NCBI RefSeq assembly: GCF_030028105.1
Contig: NC_092398.1
Coordinates: forward strand, 25,559,649-25,623,648
Direction: 5' to 3'
DNA: 64,000 bases
Origin: Mobula birostris
Lineage: Eukaryota
How positions within the stretch are numbered: position 1 is the first letter of the stretch; every line of letters begins with the position of its first letter. The position numbers and the translations under genes are program-made. Below are positions 12,621 through 25,793 of this stretch, piece after piece. The notes below the pieces were generated by a model, which was not told the DNA's origin, made no database searches, and was given only the letters and a program-made list of their open reading frames with translations.

Positions 12621-13934
12621 CATCAATCCACTGACTGCATAACATAGTTTCTTCTGGCCAGTAGTATATTTCTCCCAATTACGTTACCCTACACCCTATA
12701 ACTCAGGTTCTCAAATCTCATCAACGTATTGTAATCTTTTTCTGTACACTTTTAATCTTATTGATATTCTTCCTTAGGTGAGTGATAAAAACTACACAAT
12801 ACTCCAAATTAGGCCTCACCTACGTCTTACACAATTTCAATGTAATATCCCAAACTCCTGTACTCAGTCCATTGATTTATGAATGTCAATGCACCAAAAG
12901 CTCCCTTCACAACCCTATCTACCTGTGACACCTCCTTAAAGGAATTATTCACATTTAAACTCATCAGGGCTCACTTTATTCACGGGAATAATTATTTCAT
13001 TATCATTCATACGTTAAAAATAAAATTGCGCAGGCAGGGGTGTTAAAAGACAACATCCAACAGCCTAGAAAATCAGCCAGTCTGGCACATCATTAGGATT
13101 TTGCAGCATTGTAGCATAGCAGTTAGCAAAATGCCATTAAAGCGCCAGCAATCACCAATCGGAGATCAATTCCTGCTGCTGTCTGTAAGGAGTTTGTACT
13201 TTCTCCCCATGACGGTGTGTGTTTCCTCCAGGAGCTCCCGTTTCCTCCCACGTACAGTTAGGGTTAGCAAGCTGTGGGCAGGCTAACCTGGTGCCAGAAG
13301 CATGGTGACACTCGCAGCCTGCCCTTGGCACAATCTTCACTGATTGATTCGATGCAAACATCGCATTTCACTGTCTGTGTCAAGGTACATGTGACAATAA
13401 AGCCAATCTTCACCTTAATCTTTAAGAAGACAGATAGATTTCTGCAAGTAGAAGTCATCGAAGAGTGTGAGGAAAGAACAAAAGCATCATGTTTTGATGG
13501 GATTAGACATTATCGTAATGAATGAGGCAAAATACTTGAGGTGTAAGTGAAATAACACAGAGATACTGGAAATCTTGGGCAATTCCAATCAGGTATCTGC
13601 AGTGTTTTTTTTCCTGAGTTTCACAGACCTCAAAAGCCAACCACCTGTTCCAGCTTATATGAAGAGGGTTACCTTCAAGATGGGCCAATATGCACTGACC
13701 CCCTGAATCTGCCCGGGTCTGTGGATTCACGTGGGCAGGAGGCATGAGGACAGGTGATCCCTTTGGTGCACGAGTTGGCGAGGCTGGAGTTGAAGGTCCT
13801 TTCACTGGCAGGTCCTGGGGTCAATAACAAATATCGAAGCCTGAAGGTCAAACGGAAGTCTGGAGGTTGATATCGCCAAGATCATCGGAGGTTGGATGCT
13901 CAAAGGTGGACTGTCCTGGCGTTGGAGGACCATC

Positions 13935-13937
13935 TGT

Positions 13938-14018
<81 letters not shown>
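13935..14018. repeat. (TG)n microsatellite
   Basis: Near-perfect TG dinucleotide run. Confidence 0.98.
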
Positions 14019-14020
<2 letters not shown>

Positions 14021-16031
14021 TGGGTGGTCGGGAGGAATGAAGTCTGCTTTGTTGTCGTTGATTTATTGCTGTTCTGTTGTTGTTTTGTTGCTCGTATTGT
14101 TCTGATAAACATTATGTTGGCGCCAGAATGTGTGGCGACCTTAAGTTATGTTGGTTGTTAATGCAAACGACATATTCCTCTGTATGCTTGCTTTCAATAT
14201 ACGTGTGACAAATTAATCTTTATCGTTACCTTTAAGAAGAAAGATAGATTTCTGGATGTAGAAATTATCAAAGTGAGTAAAGAAAGAGAAAGAATATGTT
14301 GAGATCAGAGTATCAGTTCCCAATTATATTGAATGCAGCAAAAGGCTTGAAGTATTGAAATAGGCAAGTGAAAAAACACGGAATAGATTTAGTGGCTATC
14401 CACTTGATATCATCTTGTAGACCTCCATGAAGTCATCTCTTGCCTTCCTTCGCTCCAAAGAGAAAAGCCTGAGCTCGCTTAATCTTTTCTAAGACATGCT
14501 CACCAATCCAGGCAGAATCCTGGTAAATCACCTCTGCACCCTCTCTAAAGCTTCCATGTCCTTCCTATGAGGTAACCAAAACTGAACACACTACTCCAAA
14601 TGGGGTCAAACCAGAATTTAATTGAGCTGCAACATTACCTCCTCACTCTTGAATTGAATTCCCTGACTAATTGAAGGCAAGTACACCATACCCTTTCTTA
14701 AAGCGTAACAGTGGAAATGTGAGCAGTTTCCAGTTCTTGGGTGTTAACACCTCTGAAGATCTAATCTAGGTTCAACATATTGATGCAATTACAAAGAAGT
14801 CTCAATGGCGGCTGTATTTCATTGGGAGTTGGAAGAAAATTGGTATGTCACTACGGACTCATGCAGATTTCTATAGATGTGCTATGGGGAGCATTCAAAC
14901 TGGTTGCATCGCAGTTTGGTATGGCAAGGCCGTGACACAGGATCAGAAAACTCTGTAGAAAGTTGTAAACTCAGCCAGCGGCATCATGGGCACTAGCCTC
15001 CTCAACATCCAGGACATCTTCAAAAGGCGATACGTCAGGCAGGTAGCATTCATCACAAAGGACCCCATCACCTAGGACATGTCTTCTCTTTGCTACCATC
15101 AAGGAGGAGGTATGGGAGCCTGAGGAGGCACATTCAATGTTTCAGGGACAGAATCTTCCCATCGTCCATCAGATTTCTGAATGGACAATGAACCCATGAA
15201 CACCACCTCAGAATTTTTCCCTCTCTTTTTGCACTACGAATTTAATTTTATATGTCCTTCTTATTGTAATTCATAGTTTTATATGTCAACAAGACAACAA
15301 ATCAACAATTTACATGACATAAAAGGCATCCGTTAGTCTTACGAGACCATGGATCTGCACTTGGAAGGTCTTCACTCTCCAGGGCACAGTCCTGGGCAAG
15401 GTTGTATGGAAAACCGGCAGTTGCCCATGCTGCAAGACTCCCCTCTCTACGACACCAATGTTGTCCGAGGGAAGGGCACTAGAATCCATACAGCTTGGCA
15501 CCAGTGTCGTCGCAGAGCAATGTGTAATTAAGTGCCTTGCTCAAGGACACAACACATGCTACCTCGGCTGGGGCTCAAACTCACGACCTTCAGGTCACTA
15601 ATCCAATGCCTTAACTACTTGGCCACATTACGTATGCCAGTGGTATTAAACCTGATCTGATAACTTGTCCTATCAATCTTTGAGCGATCTATGGATGTGA
15701 GCCCCAAGATCCCTTTGCTTCTCCCCACTATTCATTAGAGGCATGCCTAGTTCTGGTCTACAGCACTACAGCTGGGGTGGCTTCTGTTCCGGTAAACTTT
15801 GTTGTATCCAATACTCTCAGCCATTTCTGATAGTCACGCGGTCAACGTAAGTGTGGTCTAACAAGTGTGTTGTCTAACATGGGAGCAAAGGGATTGAAAT
15901 TGTAACTTATGGTCAGATGGAACCTGCAACTCAGAAGACAGAAATCACCATGTTTCATGCAATTCATTCGCAACACACCCTACCCTTGAGACGACTCTTC
16001 AACTATCCTTCTTCTCAATTGTGTTCATCAG

Positions 16032-16269
16032 GGAAGACAGTCGACTCCAACACAGCTCTGTGGTTCTCAGAAACAGGCCTGCGATTTGGTTACGATGGCA
16101 AAGACGACACCTGTTTTGATTTCTCTGTCAGGAAATCTGTGGCCAGTATTCCACTGTTGGAAGACTTTATCAGTGGTCTGAGCCACCACAAACCCTGTCT
16201 TTGAAGTCAACCGTACCAAGGAAGTTCTGATCCTGAATGCCAAGCTGTCTACATCATAACATCATGGAA
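16032..16269 (+). pseudogene. psi-A membrane-distal domain exon (paralog of gene B exon 2), disrupted
   Basis: Acceptor ttctcaattgtgttcatcag|, phase 1. Encodes GKTVDSNTALWFSETGLRFGYDGKDDTCFDFSVRKSVASIPLLEDFISGLSHHKP, which aligns by eye with gene B LQFAYNSEVAVRFDYATGKIVAINPLVKSFVDDL. TGA at 16202-16204; a frameshift and a second stop are needed to reach a weak donor near 16270, so the 3' end is uncertain. Confidence 0.7.
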
Positions 16270-16955
16270 GTTATGTTGAACTTGGAACAGAGCCAACTCG
16301 ACAAATGCAAGGCAAATTGCTGACAACAGCGCCCCCACCAGTTTCTTTACAAAACTACATTTATTATAAATTCAAACCACTGCAGTGTTCTGATACACTG
16401 CATTACAAACAAAAACCAGGCAAATCATGTCTAACACAGATTAAGCTAACACATTCCTATCCTCAGTGAGGATAACATTTAGCTCCTCCCCCCCCCCCCA
16501 CCAAAGGAATCCCCCTGTCCCTCAAACATTGCCAGGTAATCAGCTCAGTCAGAACCCTCCACTACCCACCTCCAAAACACACAGGTAATTATCTTACCCA
16601 GCTACCAGGAGCAGGTTAACTAGGACATCCTCCTTTCTCCCTGACCCTCTGTACTGGATAACCAAGGATGAAAATGGTGTGGCTAACAGTGTCCCCACCT
16701 TCTGTGCATTGACACAATAAGGTCAGTCAGCATAGGAGCAGGCCCTGTGGCCCATCATGACTATGCTGTCCATCAGAGTCACACAGCTCGGGAACAGGCC
16801 TTGTTCCTGTCAGTAACCTTATGTACATGTAATGCCCTGGTTAGTATTTTTTTTACTGTTATGCTGTTCTGTATCTCATTTTATGCTGTTCTGTGCAAGC
16901 TGCTTGTTTTCAGCTTATGTTTGGGTTATTGTTGAAGATAAGAGATAGGAGAATT

Positions 16956-17690
16956 GCGTGCTATCCAATTATGGGCAATTACGGGTAATGTGAGATCGCT
17001 GGGAAATAAAATGGATGAGTTGACAGCACTATCCAGGAGTCAGAGAACATTTTGGGAGTGCGGTGTTATGTGTTTTACTGAAACGTGGCTGCACGAGGAC
17101 ATACCTGACCAAAACGTTTCCATAAAGGGCTTCCAGACCGTTTGGGCTGACTGGAAGTGCACTGAGAGCAGTAAGCGTAAAGGAGGGGGGCTTGCTGTGC
17201 TGGTTAACGACAGATGGTGCAGTCCGGGTCATATTACGATCAAGGAACGTGTTTGTAGCCCGGATATTGAACTTTTTGCTGTTAGACTCAGGCCATATTA
17301 TTTGCCAAGGGAAATCTCACATTCAATTGTGGTTGCTGTGTACATCCTCCCTCTGCCAACCCGAGATCGGTGTGTAACATCATTTATACCGTTAGGCACA
17401 GGAGTACATTCAGCTAGAAACTCATTCCACCGGGATGTAGCACTGTCATGGAAAGTAATTCCTGCCTGTGGCCATCAAACTTTGCAGCTCCTCCCTTGGA
17501 GGGTCAGACACCCTGGGTCAATGGGCTGGTCCTGGACTTATTTCCATCTGGCATGGTTTACATATTATTATTTGAATGTTTGTGGTTTTGTATTGCTATG
17601 TTTGTACTCTGTCCTTGGTTGGTGCAACTGTAACGAAACCTAATTTCCCTTGGGATCAATAAAAGATGTCTATCTATCTATCTATCTATT
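16956..17690 (+). mobile_element. Internally deleted Rex1/Babar element inserted in an LTR (about 16828-18150)
   Basis: APE motifs NVRSLGNKMDEL and CFTETWL joined to the same C-terminal/3' sequence seen at about 10800-11150; (tcta)n tail. The flanks resemble the LTR at 1924-2563. Confidence 0.8.
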
Positions 17691-20214
17691 AGGATGGTTG
17701 GATTAAGGGAGGTTTCTCTGGTGAGGGACACTAAGGCTGGGCTTGGGGATCTTGTCAGAGAGAGATGAAGAGAGAAGACGCAGGAGAGAAGAGGTTGTAG
17801 GGTTCGACCCAGAGCAAGACCATGATTCGACAAAACCTGGGGTGATCGATGGAGGATCACCGATGGGGAAACGGTGAGCTCCAACTTGTGCACATTAGAC
17901 TTTTTCACAAAAATGGGCCCTTTTCTTTTTTTTTGTTCTTTCTTTACTAACCCTTTAGTCAAGTTAGGAATTGTAAAGCTAAATCTTTTAACTGTATGCA
18001 TTGTATTGTCTGTAATTTCATGCACTCATTTGTAACCGGGTAACGAATTACTCACAAACAGGAGGCTTCGGGCTGGGCTCGTGACTTAGTCTCACACGTT
18101 TGGCGGGGCCGGAGATTGCCTTCCCTGGACTGACAAAGCCGAGGATAACAGAATCCTGTACCTACTGTCACTTTGTGTACGTAGAATCAGTCCCTGTGTA
18201 TAAGCTAATCTTGAGTATATGTGGCTGCACTCAAACTCTCACTTGTACATTCTGTTTTATAGAATTGCTTTTATATTTACTGGTCTTTTTATTGTATTGT
18301 TTTGTGCTGCGTTGGACTGGAAGTAACAATCATTTTCTTTTCCTTTACGCTTGTGTACTGAAGAATGATAATAAATAATATTCGATCTTGAACTGAATTA
18401 ATCTGAGCGAGTAGCCTAACGAAGGTACAGTACATGTCATCCATGCAGATCATTCCATTACAACTGTGCATTGAGGTAGTACGAGGATAAAACAATGATA
18501 GAATACAGAACAAAGAGATACAGTTTCAGAGTGTAAGTAGGTAGACAATAAGATGTAAGGCCATGGAGAGGCACACGGTGTGATCCAGAGCCCATCTTGT
18601 CTCACTAGGGAATGATTCAATAGTCTTCAAACAGCAGGACAGAAACCTGCATTTGGTCCATGTCCCTCTGAACCAGAGGTTCTCAACATTGTTTTATGCC
18701 ACGGACCCCGACCATTAACAGAGCATCTGAGAACCCCAGGAAGGGAACCACTGCTCTAAACCTTTCCTATCCATGTGGGAATGCTACGAAGGCTTCAAAA
18801 GCATGGCTAGGCCTGCAGCGCAATCCTCAGTCTGTGATCATCGTTCACACAAAGTGTTGCTCTGGATTTCCAGCATCCGCAGAAGCTCTTGTGTTTGTGA
18901 TTCGATATGTGTTTCGATGTACATGTGACAAGTGAGGCTAATCTATAGATCATTTAATCTTTAATGGCCCAAAGGCCTTTTAAATGTCATAACTATATCT
19001 GCCTCAAATATTCCTCTGCCAGCTCATTCCCAATAACTACATGACTTCATGTGGAACAAGTTTCCCCTCAGGTCCTTTATAAGTCTTTCTTTCTCACTCT
19101 CTCACTTCTACCCAACCTGGAGAAAAAGATTGTATTCACCTTCTCTATGTCCCTTATGACTTCACAGAACATTACAGCACAGTCAGACCCTTTGGTGCAC
19201 AATGTTGTGCAGACCTTTAAACCTACTCCTAGATCAATCTACCTCTACACTCCCACATAGACCTCCATTTTCCTATCATTCATGTACCTATTTAAGAGTT
19301 TCTTAAAAGCCCCTAATGTATCTGCCTCCACCACTACCCCAGTAGTGCATTCCACACACCCACCACTCCGTGTAAAAACTTATCTCTGACATCTCCCCCC
19401 ACCCCCATACTTCCCATCAATCACCTTAAAATTATGCCCTCTTGTATTAGGCATTTCAGCCTTGGGAAAGAGTTTCTGGCTACCTACTTGATCTATGCCT
19501 CTTATCATTTTACACCTCTATGAAGTCAACTTTCATCTTATTTGCTCCAAAGAGAAAATCCCTAGCTTGCTCAAACTGTCCTCATAAGACATGCCCTCTA
19601 GAACAGACAACATCCTGATAAATCTCATCTGCATCCTCTCTAAAGTGTCGATGTCCTTCCTATAATGAAGCAAACATGGCTGAACACAATATTCCAAGAG
19701 TGGTCTTATAAACCTCAAAAGTTTATAAGGTCACCTTTCAAACTCCTACAATTGAGAAGGCAAAGACCCAGCCTATCCAGCTTCTTATAATCTCTTGTCT
19801 TGGTAACATCCTGTTTGCAACTTATTCATTTAATAAAATTCTTCCTACAGGAGAGTGACCAGAACTGTACATTGATTCAAGAATCAAGTGCATTTATTAT
19901 CAAAGAATGTAAAAATTAAACAACATTGAGATTTGTTTGCTCACAGGTGGCCACAAAGCAAGGAACCTGAAATAACCTTATTAAAGAAAAAACAACATTC
20001 ACTGTGCAAGAGAAAGCAAAAAGAAGTCATGCAGACAACAGCATTCCAAACCAAAAATGATCCTTAGATCCGAACCCTGGAGCAGCCCAAAGCCTGGCTT
20101 ATCAGTTTATCATGTTAGCAGGCATGGAGCACAGAAGCTGGGGCAGTCTTCATAGCCTCAGCACTATGGAGGTGACCTTACCAATATGCTATAACGTGAT
20201 ATTCCCTCTCCTGT

Positions 20215-20527
20215 ACTGAGCATTCTCAGTAATACTGAGGCACTGCATCGGAATGGAAGTGCGTCCCTTTAGAACAGAGCCGAGGAGGAATTTCTTCAGC
20301 CAGAGGGTGGTGAATTTGTGAAATTCATTGTCACAAACAGCCGTGGAGGTCAAGTCATTGGGTATATTTAAAGTGGAGGTTGTTAGTTCTTGATTAGTAA
20401 TGGCATCAAAGGTTCCGGGAAGAAGACAGGAGAATGGAGTTGAGAGGGATAATGAATCAGCCATGATGGAAAGGCAGAGCAGACTCGATGGGCCGAATGA
20501 CCTAATTCTGCTCCTGTGTCTTATGGT
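20215..20527 (+). mobile_element. CR1 3' end abutting the psi-A Ig exon acceptor
   Basis: CR1 terminal sequence (agaacagagccgaggaggaatttcttcagcc...ctcctgtgtcttatgg) ends about 16 nt before the AG at 20541-20542. Confidence 0.8.
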
Positions 20528-20542
20528 TTCTCTCCACTGCAG

Positions 20543-20815
20543 TGAAACGTTCCATCACCATAACGTTAACACAGCTGAACGTGGGAGTAAAGCCCTTAGT
20601 CCTGATGTACAGAGTGGATGGAATTTACCCAACGGACGTCAACACAGCATGGCTGCGGAATGGCGAAGCCATCAAGCAGAAGGTGTTCAGGAGCAGCATT
20701 TTGCCAAACTGACACATTCCAACTCAGACTTCATGTCAGCGTTGACCCCAGCAGGGGAGCACCTACACTTCTCAACTGGAGCACAGGGGTGTCCTGGAGA
20801 GATGTGCAGTTTGGG
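20543..20815 (+). pseudogene. psi-A Ig C1 exon (paralog of gene B exon 3), disrupted
   Basis: Acceptor tttctctccactgcag| and donor gtttggg|gtaagg nearly identical to those of gene B exon 3. Encodes VKRSITITLTQLNVGVKPLVLMYRVDGIYPTDVNTAWLRNGEAIKQKVFRSSILPN*, then TFQLRLHVSVDPSRG, then TYTSQLEHRGVLERCAVW. 5-bp and 1-bp deletions, a TGA stop, both Ig cysteines lost (TAC, TCT). Roughly 40-45% amino-acid identity to gene B by hand count. Confidence 0.9.
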
Positions 20816-21999
20816 GTAAGGTCCAGAGTCTGCACCGATCACAATTACTGTACGCACTGCTCTGGTGTTCATGGAACTACAAATTATTTTCATCCTGCAG
20901 CTCAAAACTCTTTCCAAAACCGTGGCGATGATCTTCAGACACATGACAGTTGGGACGAGCACTTGTGGTTATCTGCATTGTCCGGTGTCAGATCCCAGGC
21001 AGAACAGTTGCCGAACCAAGTCATAATACATCCACGTAACATGGTGCATCGATAAAACTTGGAGAGGGTACAAAGGGGGCAGACAAATTTCTTTATCCTC
21101 CAGACCACGTGGAAGAGATGGTGCATTTTCTTAGCTGCGGCGTGGAGCAGAACTTATTGATAATGTTCACTATTAAAAATTTTCAGCTCTCCACCCCGGC
21201 ACCAGTGCTGTAAATAGGAGTGCGTGCGCCGCTCCCTTCCAGAAGTCAAGGACCAGCTCTTTCGTTCTCCCGACAGTCGGGGAGAGGTTGTTAGCGCGGA
21301 TCCGTGCCCCTGGGCTCTCTCTTTCTTTCCTCCACTTCCTCTCATTAGTATCTGAGATCCAGCCCGCCACAGTGGTCTCATCTGCAAACTTGTGGGTGGG
21401 GTTCGACCAGAATCCGGCCAGGAGGTCGTGAGTCGACAGGGAGAAGCGGATTAACAATGCACCTTGTGGAATTCCAGTGAGGACACCTACCTCATCTCTG
21501 GTCTCTTACACCACCTAGTGTTCAGTGGCAGCACCTCTTAAAATTATCACCCATAATACAGTACCTGTGTCCCTCTGGTCCTTTCTGATGCTAGTTACCT
21601 ATTTGTTCACGTATTCAACTATTACCTTGAGGTTTCCGTAATACACAGAATTTGGCCATTCAGTCTATCGAATCCGCACCACCATTTCATCAAGGTTAAT
21701 TTATTTTTCCAATCAACCCCATTCTCCTGCTTTCTCCCCATACCTTTGACGCCCTTACTAAACAAGAACCTATCAACCTCTCTTTAATTATACCCAAAGA
21801 TTTGGCCTTCACTGCCGTCTGTGGCAATGAATTCCATCTCTGGATAAAGAAATTTCTCCTCATTTCTGTCTAAAGGCTGTACCCTTTGGACCTAGACCTC
21901 TCACTATTGGTAGCATCCTCTCTACATTCACTGTATTTTAGGTTTCAATGAGATCTACACTCATTCTTCTAAACTCCAGCAAGTACAGACTCAGAGCCA

Positions 22000-22420
22000 T
22001 TTGTTAACCGTTTCATTCCCAGGATCATTCTCGTGAACCTCCTCTGGAGCCTATCTAATACCGTCACATCCTTTCTGAGCTAAGGGTCCGAAAACTGCTC
22101 ACAATACTCCAAATGTGGTCTGGCCAGTGCCTTATAAATCCTCAGCATTTCATCCTTGCTTTTATCGTCAAGCCCTCTTGAAATGAATGTCAATATTGTA
22201 TTTGCCTTCCTTAGTAATGACTCAACCTGCAAGTTAATCTTCGGGAAATCTTGCATGAGGACTACCAAGTGCTTTTGCACCTCTGTTTTCTGAATTTTCT
22301 CCCCATTTATAAAACAGCCAACACCTTTATTCCTTCTACCAAAGTGCAAGAGCATACATATCCCTACATTGTATTCCACCTGCCACTTCTTTGCCTATTC
22401 TCCTAATCTGTCCAAAGCAC
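22000..22420 (-). mobile_element. CR1 RT fragment
   Basis: ORF with LHFGRRNK and ALARPHLEYCEQF. Confidence 0.85.
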
Positions 22421-22839
22421 CGTTTCATGTTAGCTGCACGGGTGCACAGCCGTGGTGTAACTGAAATGCTCCCACACACATAGCCTTCGTTGCCACGCAG
22501 CTGGAAGAAAAACAGACAAGAAAAGGTTTATGAAGCATGAAAGATTTTCTTTTTTGTATTCTATCTCATTATACACTTCAGTTTATAAATAAAATCAAAA
22601 GTATGTGATCTTTCAATTTTCATCCTAGATATTCAATAGTATTCATACTAAAGAAAAAGATAACATTCAAAGTACCACACAGTTTTCAGGCCATGTAAAA
22701 AATTCCTGCTCAGAACAACTGTTGGTCTATGCAGCTTTAAAAAAAGATAAAGGGAACATTGGTCCAAGGCCTTTTGCAGCTCCAGAAGTTGAAACAGTAT
22801 GTTTCAATATCACATTTTCTTTAATAATAAATAATTTCT

Positions 22840-23355
22840 TTGGTACACCTGTACACCTGCTCATTATTGCAAATATCTAATCAGCCATTCATGAGGCAGC
22901 AACTCGATGAATAAAAGCACGTAGAGATGGTCAAGAGATTCAGTTGTTGTTTAGACCAAACATCAGAATGGGGAAGAAATGTGATCTAGGTGACTTTGAA
23001 AATGAAGTGATTGTTGGTGCCACATTTGGGTGTTTTGAGTATCTCAGAAACTACTGATTTCCTGTAATTTTAACACACAATCATCTCTAGAGTTGACAGA
23101 GACTAGTGAAAAAATTTTTAAAAAAACATCCAGTGAGGATCAATTCTGTGGGTGAAAAAACTCTGTTAATGAGAGAGGTCAGAGGAGAACAGCCAGACTG
23201 GCCCACGCTGACAGTAACTTAAATAACCATGCGTTACAACAGTGGTGTGCAGAAGAGCATCCCTGAATGCACAATACATCGAACCTTGACATGGACAGGG
23301 TACAGCAGCAAGGTAACCATGAATGTAAACTCAGTGGCTACTTTATTAGGTACCA
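22840..23355. mobile_element. Tc1/mariner-derived MITE (further copies at about 24740-25140, 33512-45385 split, 46559-47870 split)
   Basis: Recurring ends cactcagtggccactttattagg / ctaataaagtggccactgagtg with shared internal sequence. Confidence 0.75.
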
Positions 23356-25793
23356 ACTGTATGCTTTAATCACAGTGTACTTCCCCTTGTTCTGACTGAA
23401 ACAAGTTGCAGAGATTGTTTATAGATACTGTTTACAGCTGGTGTTCTATAGATTTGCTAAGTATGCCCACAGATAAAGAATTTCAGGGTTGTATGCGGTG
23501 ACATATGTGTACTCTGATAGTAAGCTTTACTTTGAACTCTGAATTTTGAAATACCCAATCCAAACTACATGAAACACTGGGGCAGAAAGGCTCTTCCAAA
23601 TGAAGTTCAGTAGATGTTCCTCCTACTTTATTTAAATCTGTTGCATTTCACCCTTCCTGTTATTCATAAGATTCACGCATGAGTCATCTCATAATCTTTT
23701 CTCTGCTTAGTGTTTTACCCAGGACTTCAGACCAGAGTCACACTGCATCACTTAGCCTGGCCAGAGGAAAATCCAGTATTTTCCACTTTTGAGTAACAGA
23801 CACAAAATGCCAGAAGAACTCAGCTACAGGAATAAGAGTTGATCCTTTGGGCCAAGACCCTTCATAGGTCTCCCATTTTTCCAGTTTTGTAAACTTTTGG
23901 GGGTTAACCTCCCAAATGGACATTAAGTATGTGATGCTACTTTTCTACAGTTAAATTTTGTACTCATGGGTTCTCAAAGAAGAATCCGGAACATTGGTGA
24001 CACATTGGATTTACTATGTACGTATGCCCACAAGGAAATGAATCTCAGAGTTCTATATGGTGACATATATGTACTTTAATAGTACACTTACTTTGAACCT
24101 TGAACAAGGGACATATGATAGAAAAGAAAACAGATCTTATTGAGTTAACTGCCGCTCTCTGCTCAAAAAATTATTGTTATGTGGATAATCCGATGTAATT
24201 GGTTGTAAGGATATTTAAATGAGACCAGTTCCTGGTTGAACAAAGGAACACAGCTTGAGAAATCCCCCAGGTCAGGTTCAGTGCATTTCAGTGTGCTGCA
24301 GAATGTAATTTAGTGTCTTGGGCACAGAGCTAACACAGGAGCTCCCATGTGAAACTTCTCCGAAGCTGAGTTAAGTTCCTCATCTGAGACCACCAGAATG
24401 CACAGAATTTAAAATATGCAAATTTATGGAGGATGGAACTGGAAATTTATGTAATATATAGTGTGGCTTGCCATCTTTCTTCCACTTCGAAATTGGTAAA
24501 TTGGTTGATTATTGTTAAGTGTAGGTTTATTGTTTATTTAGTGATAAATATTTAAGAGTACACCCTTCTTCTCCTTTGAGCTGCGCCATCCAGAAACCCC
24601 ATTTTAATGCTAGCCTAATCACAGGACAATTTACAAAGACCAGTTAACCTACCAACCAGTAGGTCTGGGGACTGTGGGAGGAAACCAGAGCACCCAGAGG
24701 AAACCCACATGGTCATAGGGAGAACGTACAAACTTCAAGGTCCACATGCTGTGCATTCAAGATGCTCTTTTGCACACTGCTGTTTTAATGTGTGGTTATT
24801 TGACTCACTGTTGTCTTCCTGTCAGTATGAACCAATCTGGCCGTTCGCCTCTGACTTCTCTCATTAAGAAATTGTTTTCACCCACAGGTCTGCCGCTTTT
24901 GTTCCTCGTACCAGTTCTTGTAAACTCTAGAGACTTGTATGTGAAAATCCCAGGAGATCAGCAGTTTCTGAGATACTCAAACCACCCCAACTGGCACCAA
25001 CAGTCAAAGTCACTTAGATCACATTTCTTCCCCCATTCTGATGTTTGGTCTGAACAAAAACATATGCATTGAGTTGCTGTCAAATGATGGGTTGATTAGA
25101 TATTTGCATTAAAGTACCTAATAAAGTGGCCCCGAGTGAATATCAAGCATTCACTGGAAACATGTGCAATATGTTGTGTGGCTTGTCCATGTTTCTCCCA
25201 CACTGAAATTGTCATGTGACCCAAAGCACAAAATCAGGTTTATTATCACTGACATGTGTCGTGAAAGCGATTGTTTTGCAACAGCAGAATATTGCAATGC
25301 ATAAAAAATGCTATAGATTACAATATATAAATTACAATATATTAAAAATAAATACGTAGAGAGAAAAGGGAGCAAAATAGTACTCATGAGGTAACGGACC
25401 ATTTGGAAATGTGGTGGAGGGGGAGAAGAAGCTGTTTCTAAAACATTGAGCGTGTGCCTTCAGGTCCGTGTACCTCCTCTCCGATGGTAGCAATGAGAAG
25501 AGGGTACATCCTGGGTGATGGGGGTCCTTAATGACGGATGCCCCCCTTTTCAGGCATTGCCTTTTGAAGATGGCCTCAAACATCTTGAAAGCAGTGGGGA
25601 ATTTTGGTTTTTGCATGTCACACCAGCAAATCATTTATCACATCAGCACACTGAGATGGACAAGGGGAAAGCAATTATACAATGAAGAGTAGGGTCTTCC
25701 AATAACAGGGAAGCACAGCGCAGGCAACAACCAGAGAGATTATGAGGTCCAGATTCCACCTCATCTGACTAGAGGGCCATTCAACGGCCTTAT

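Larger units (their letters stand above)
6218..12663 (-). mobile_element. Retrovirus-like LTR element (3' LTR about 6218-6994; 5' LTR 9243-12663, interrupted), pol deleted
   Basis: Two homologous LTRs. PPT AAGAGGAGGGAGA (6995-7007, minus) abuts TGTTGG. PBS-like TGGCGTCCGCTGTTGGGT (9238-9221, minus) lies 4 nt from the LTR end. gag-like and env-like remnants lie between. Confidence 0.8.

Noticed and set aside
15743-15791. MPSSGLQHYSWGGFCS followed by GTAAAC as the psi-A leader
   Set aside because: The phase fits, but the peptide is not hydrophobic and the donor is weak.
23723-23800. Good-looking acceptor (ttttacccag|) as a downstream psi-A exon
   Set aside because: All three frames stop quickly with no TM or recognisable motif.
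24150-24383. Minus-strand 234-bp phase 1-1 segment (ITFCSTLKCTEPDLGDFSSCVPLFNQELVSFKY) as a decayed alpha1 exon of a partner alpha chain
   Set aside because: Two in-frame stops, a weak donor, the motif lies mid-exon with no helix region, and no companion Ig exon was found. A tBLASTn/HMM hit to WA or class IIA alpha1 would be needed to revive it.
24415-24422. ATGCAAAT octamers (also near 19, 4286 and 45445) as Ig or snRNA promoter elements
   Set aside because: Isolated 8-mers with no associated V gene, PSE or snRNA; two of them lie in duplicated repeat-derived sequence.
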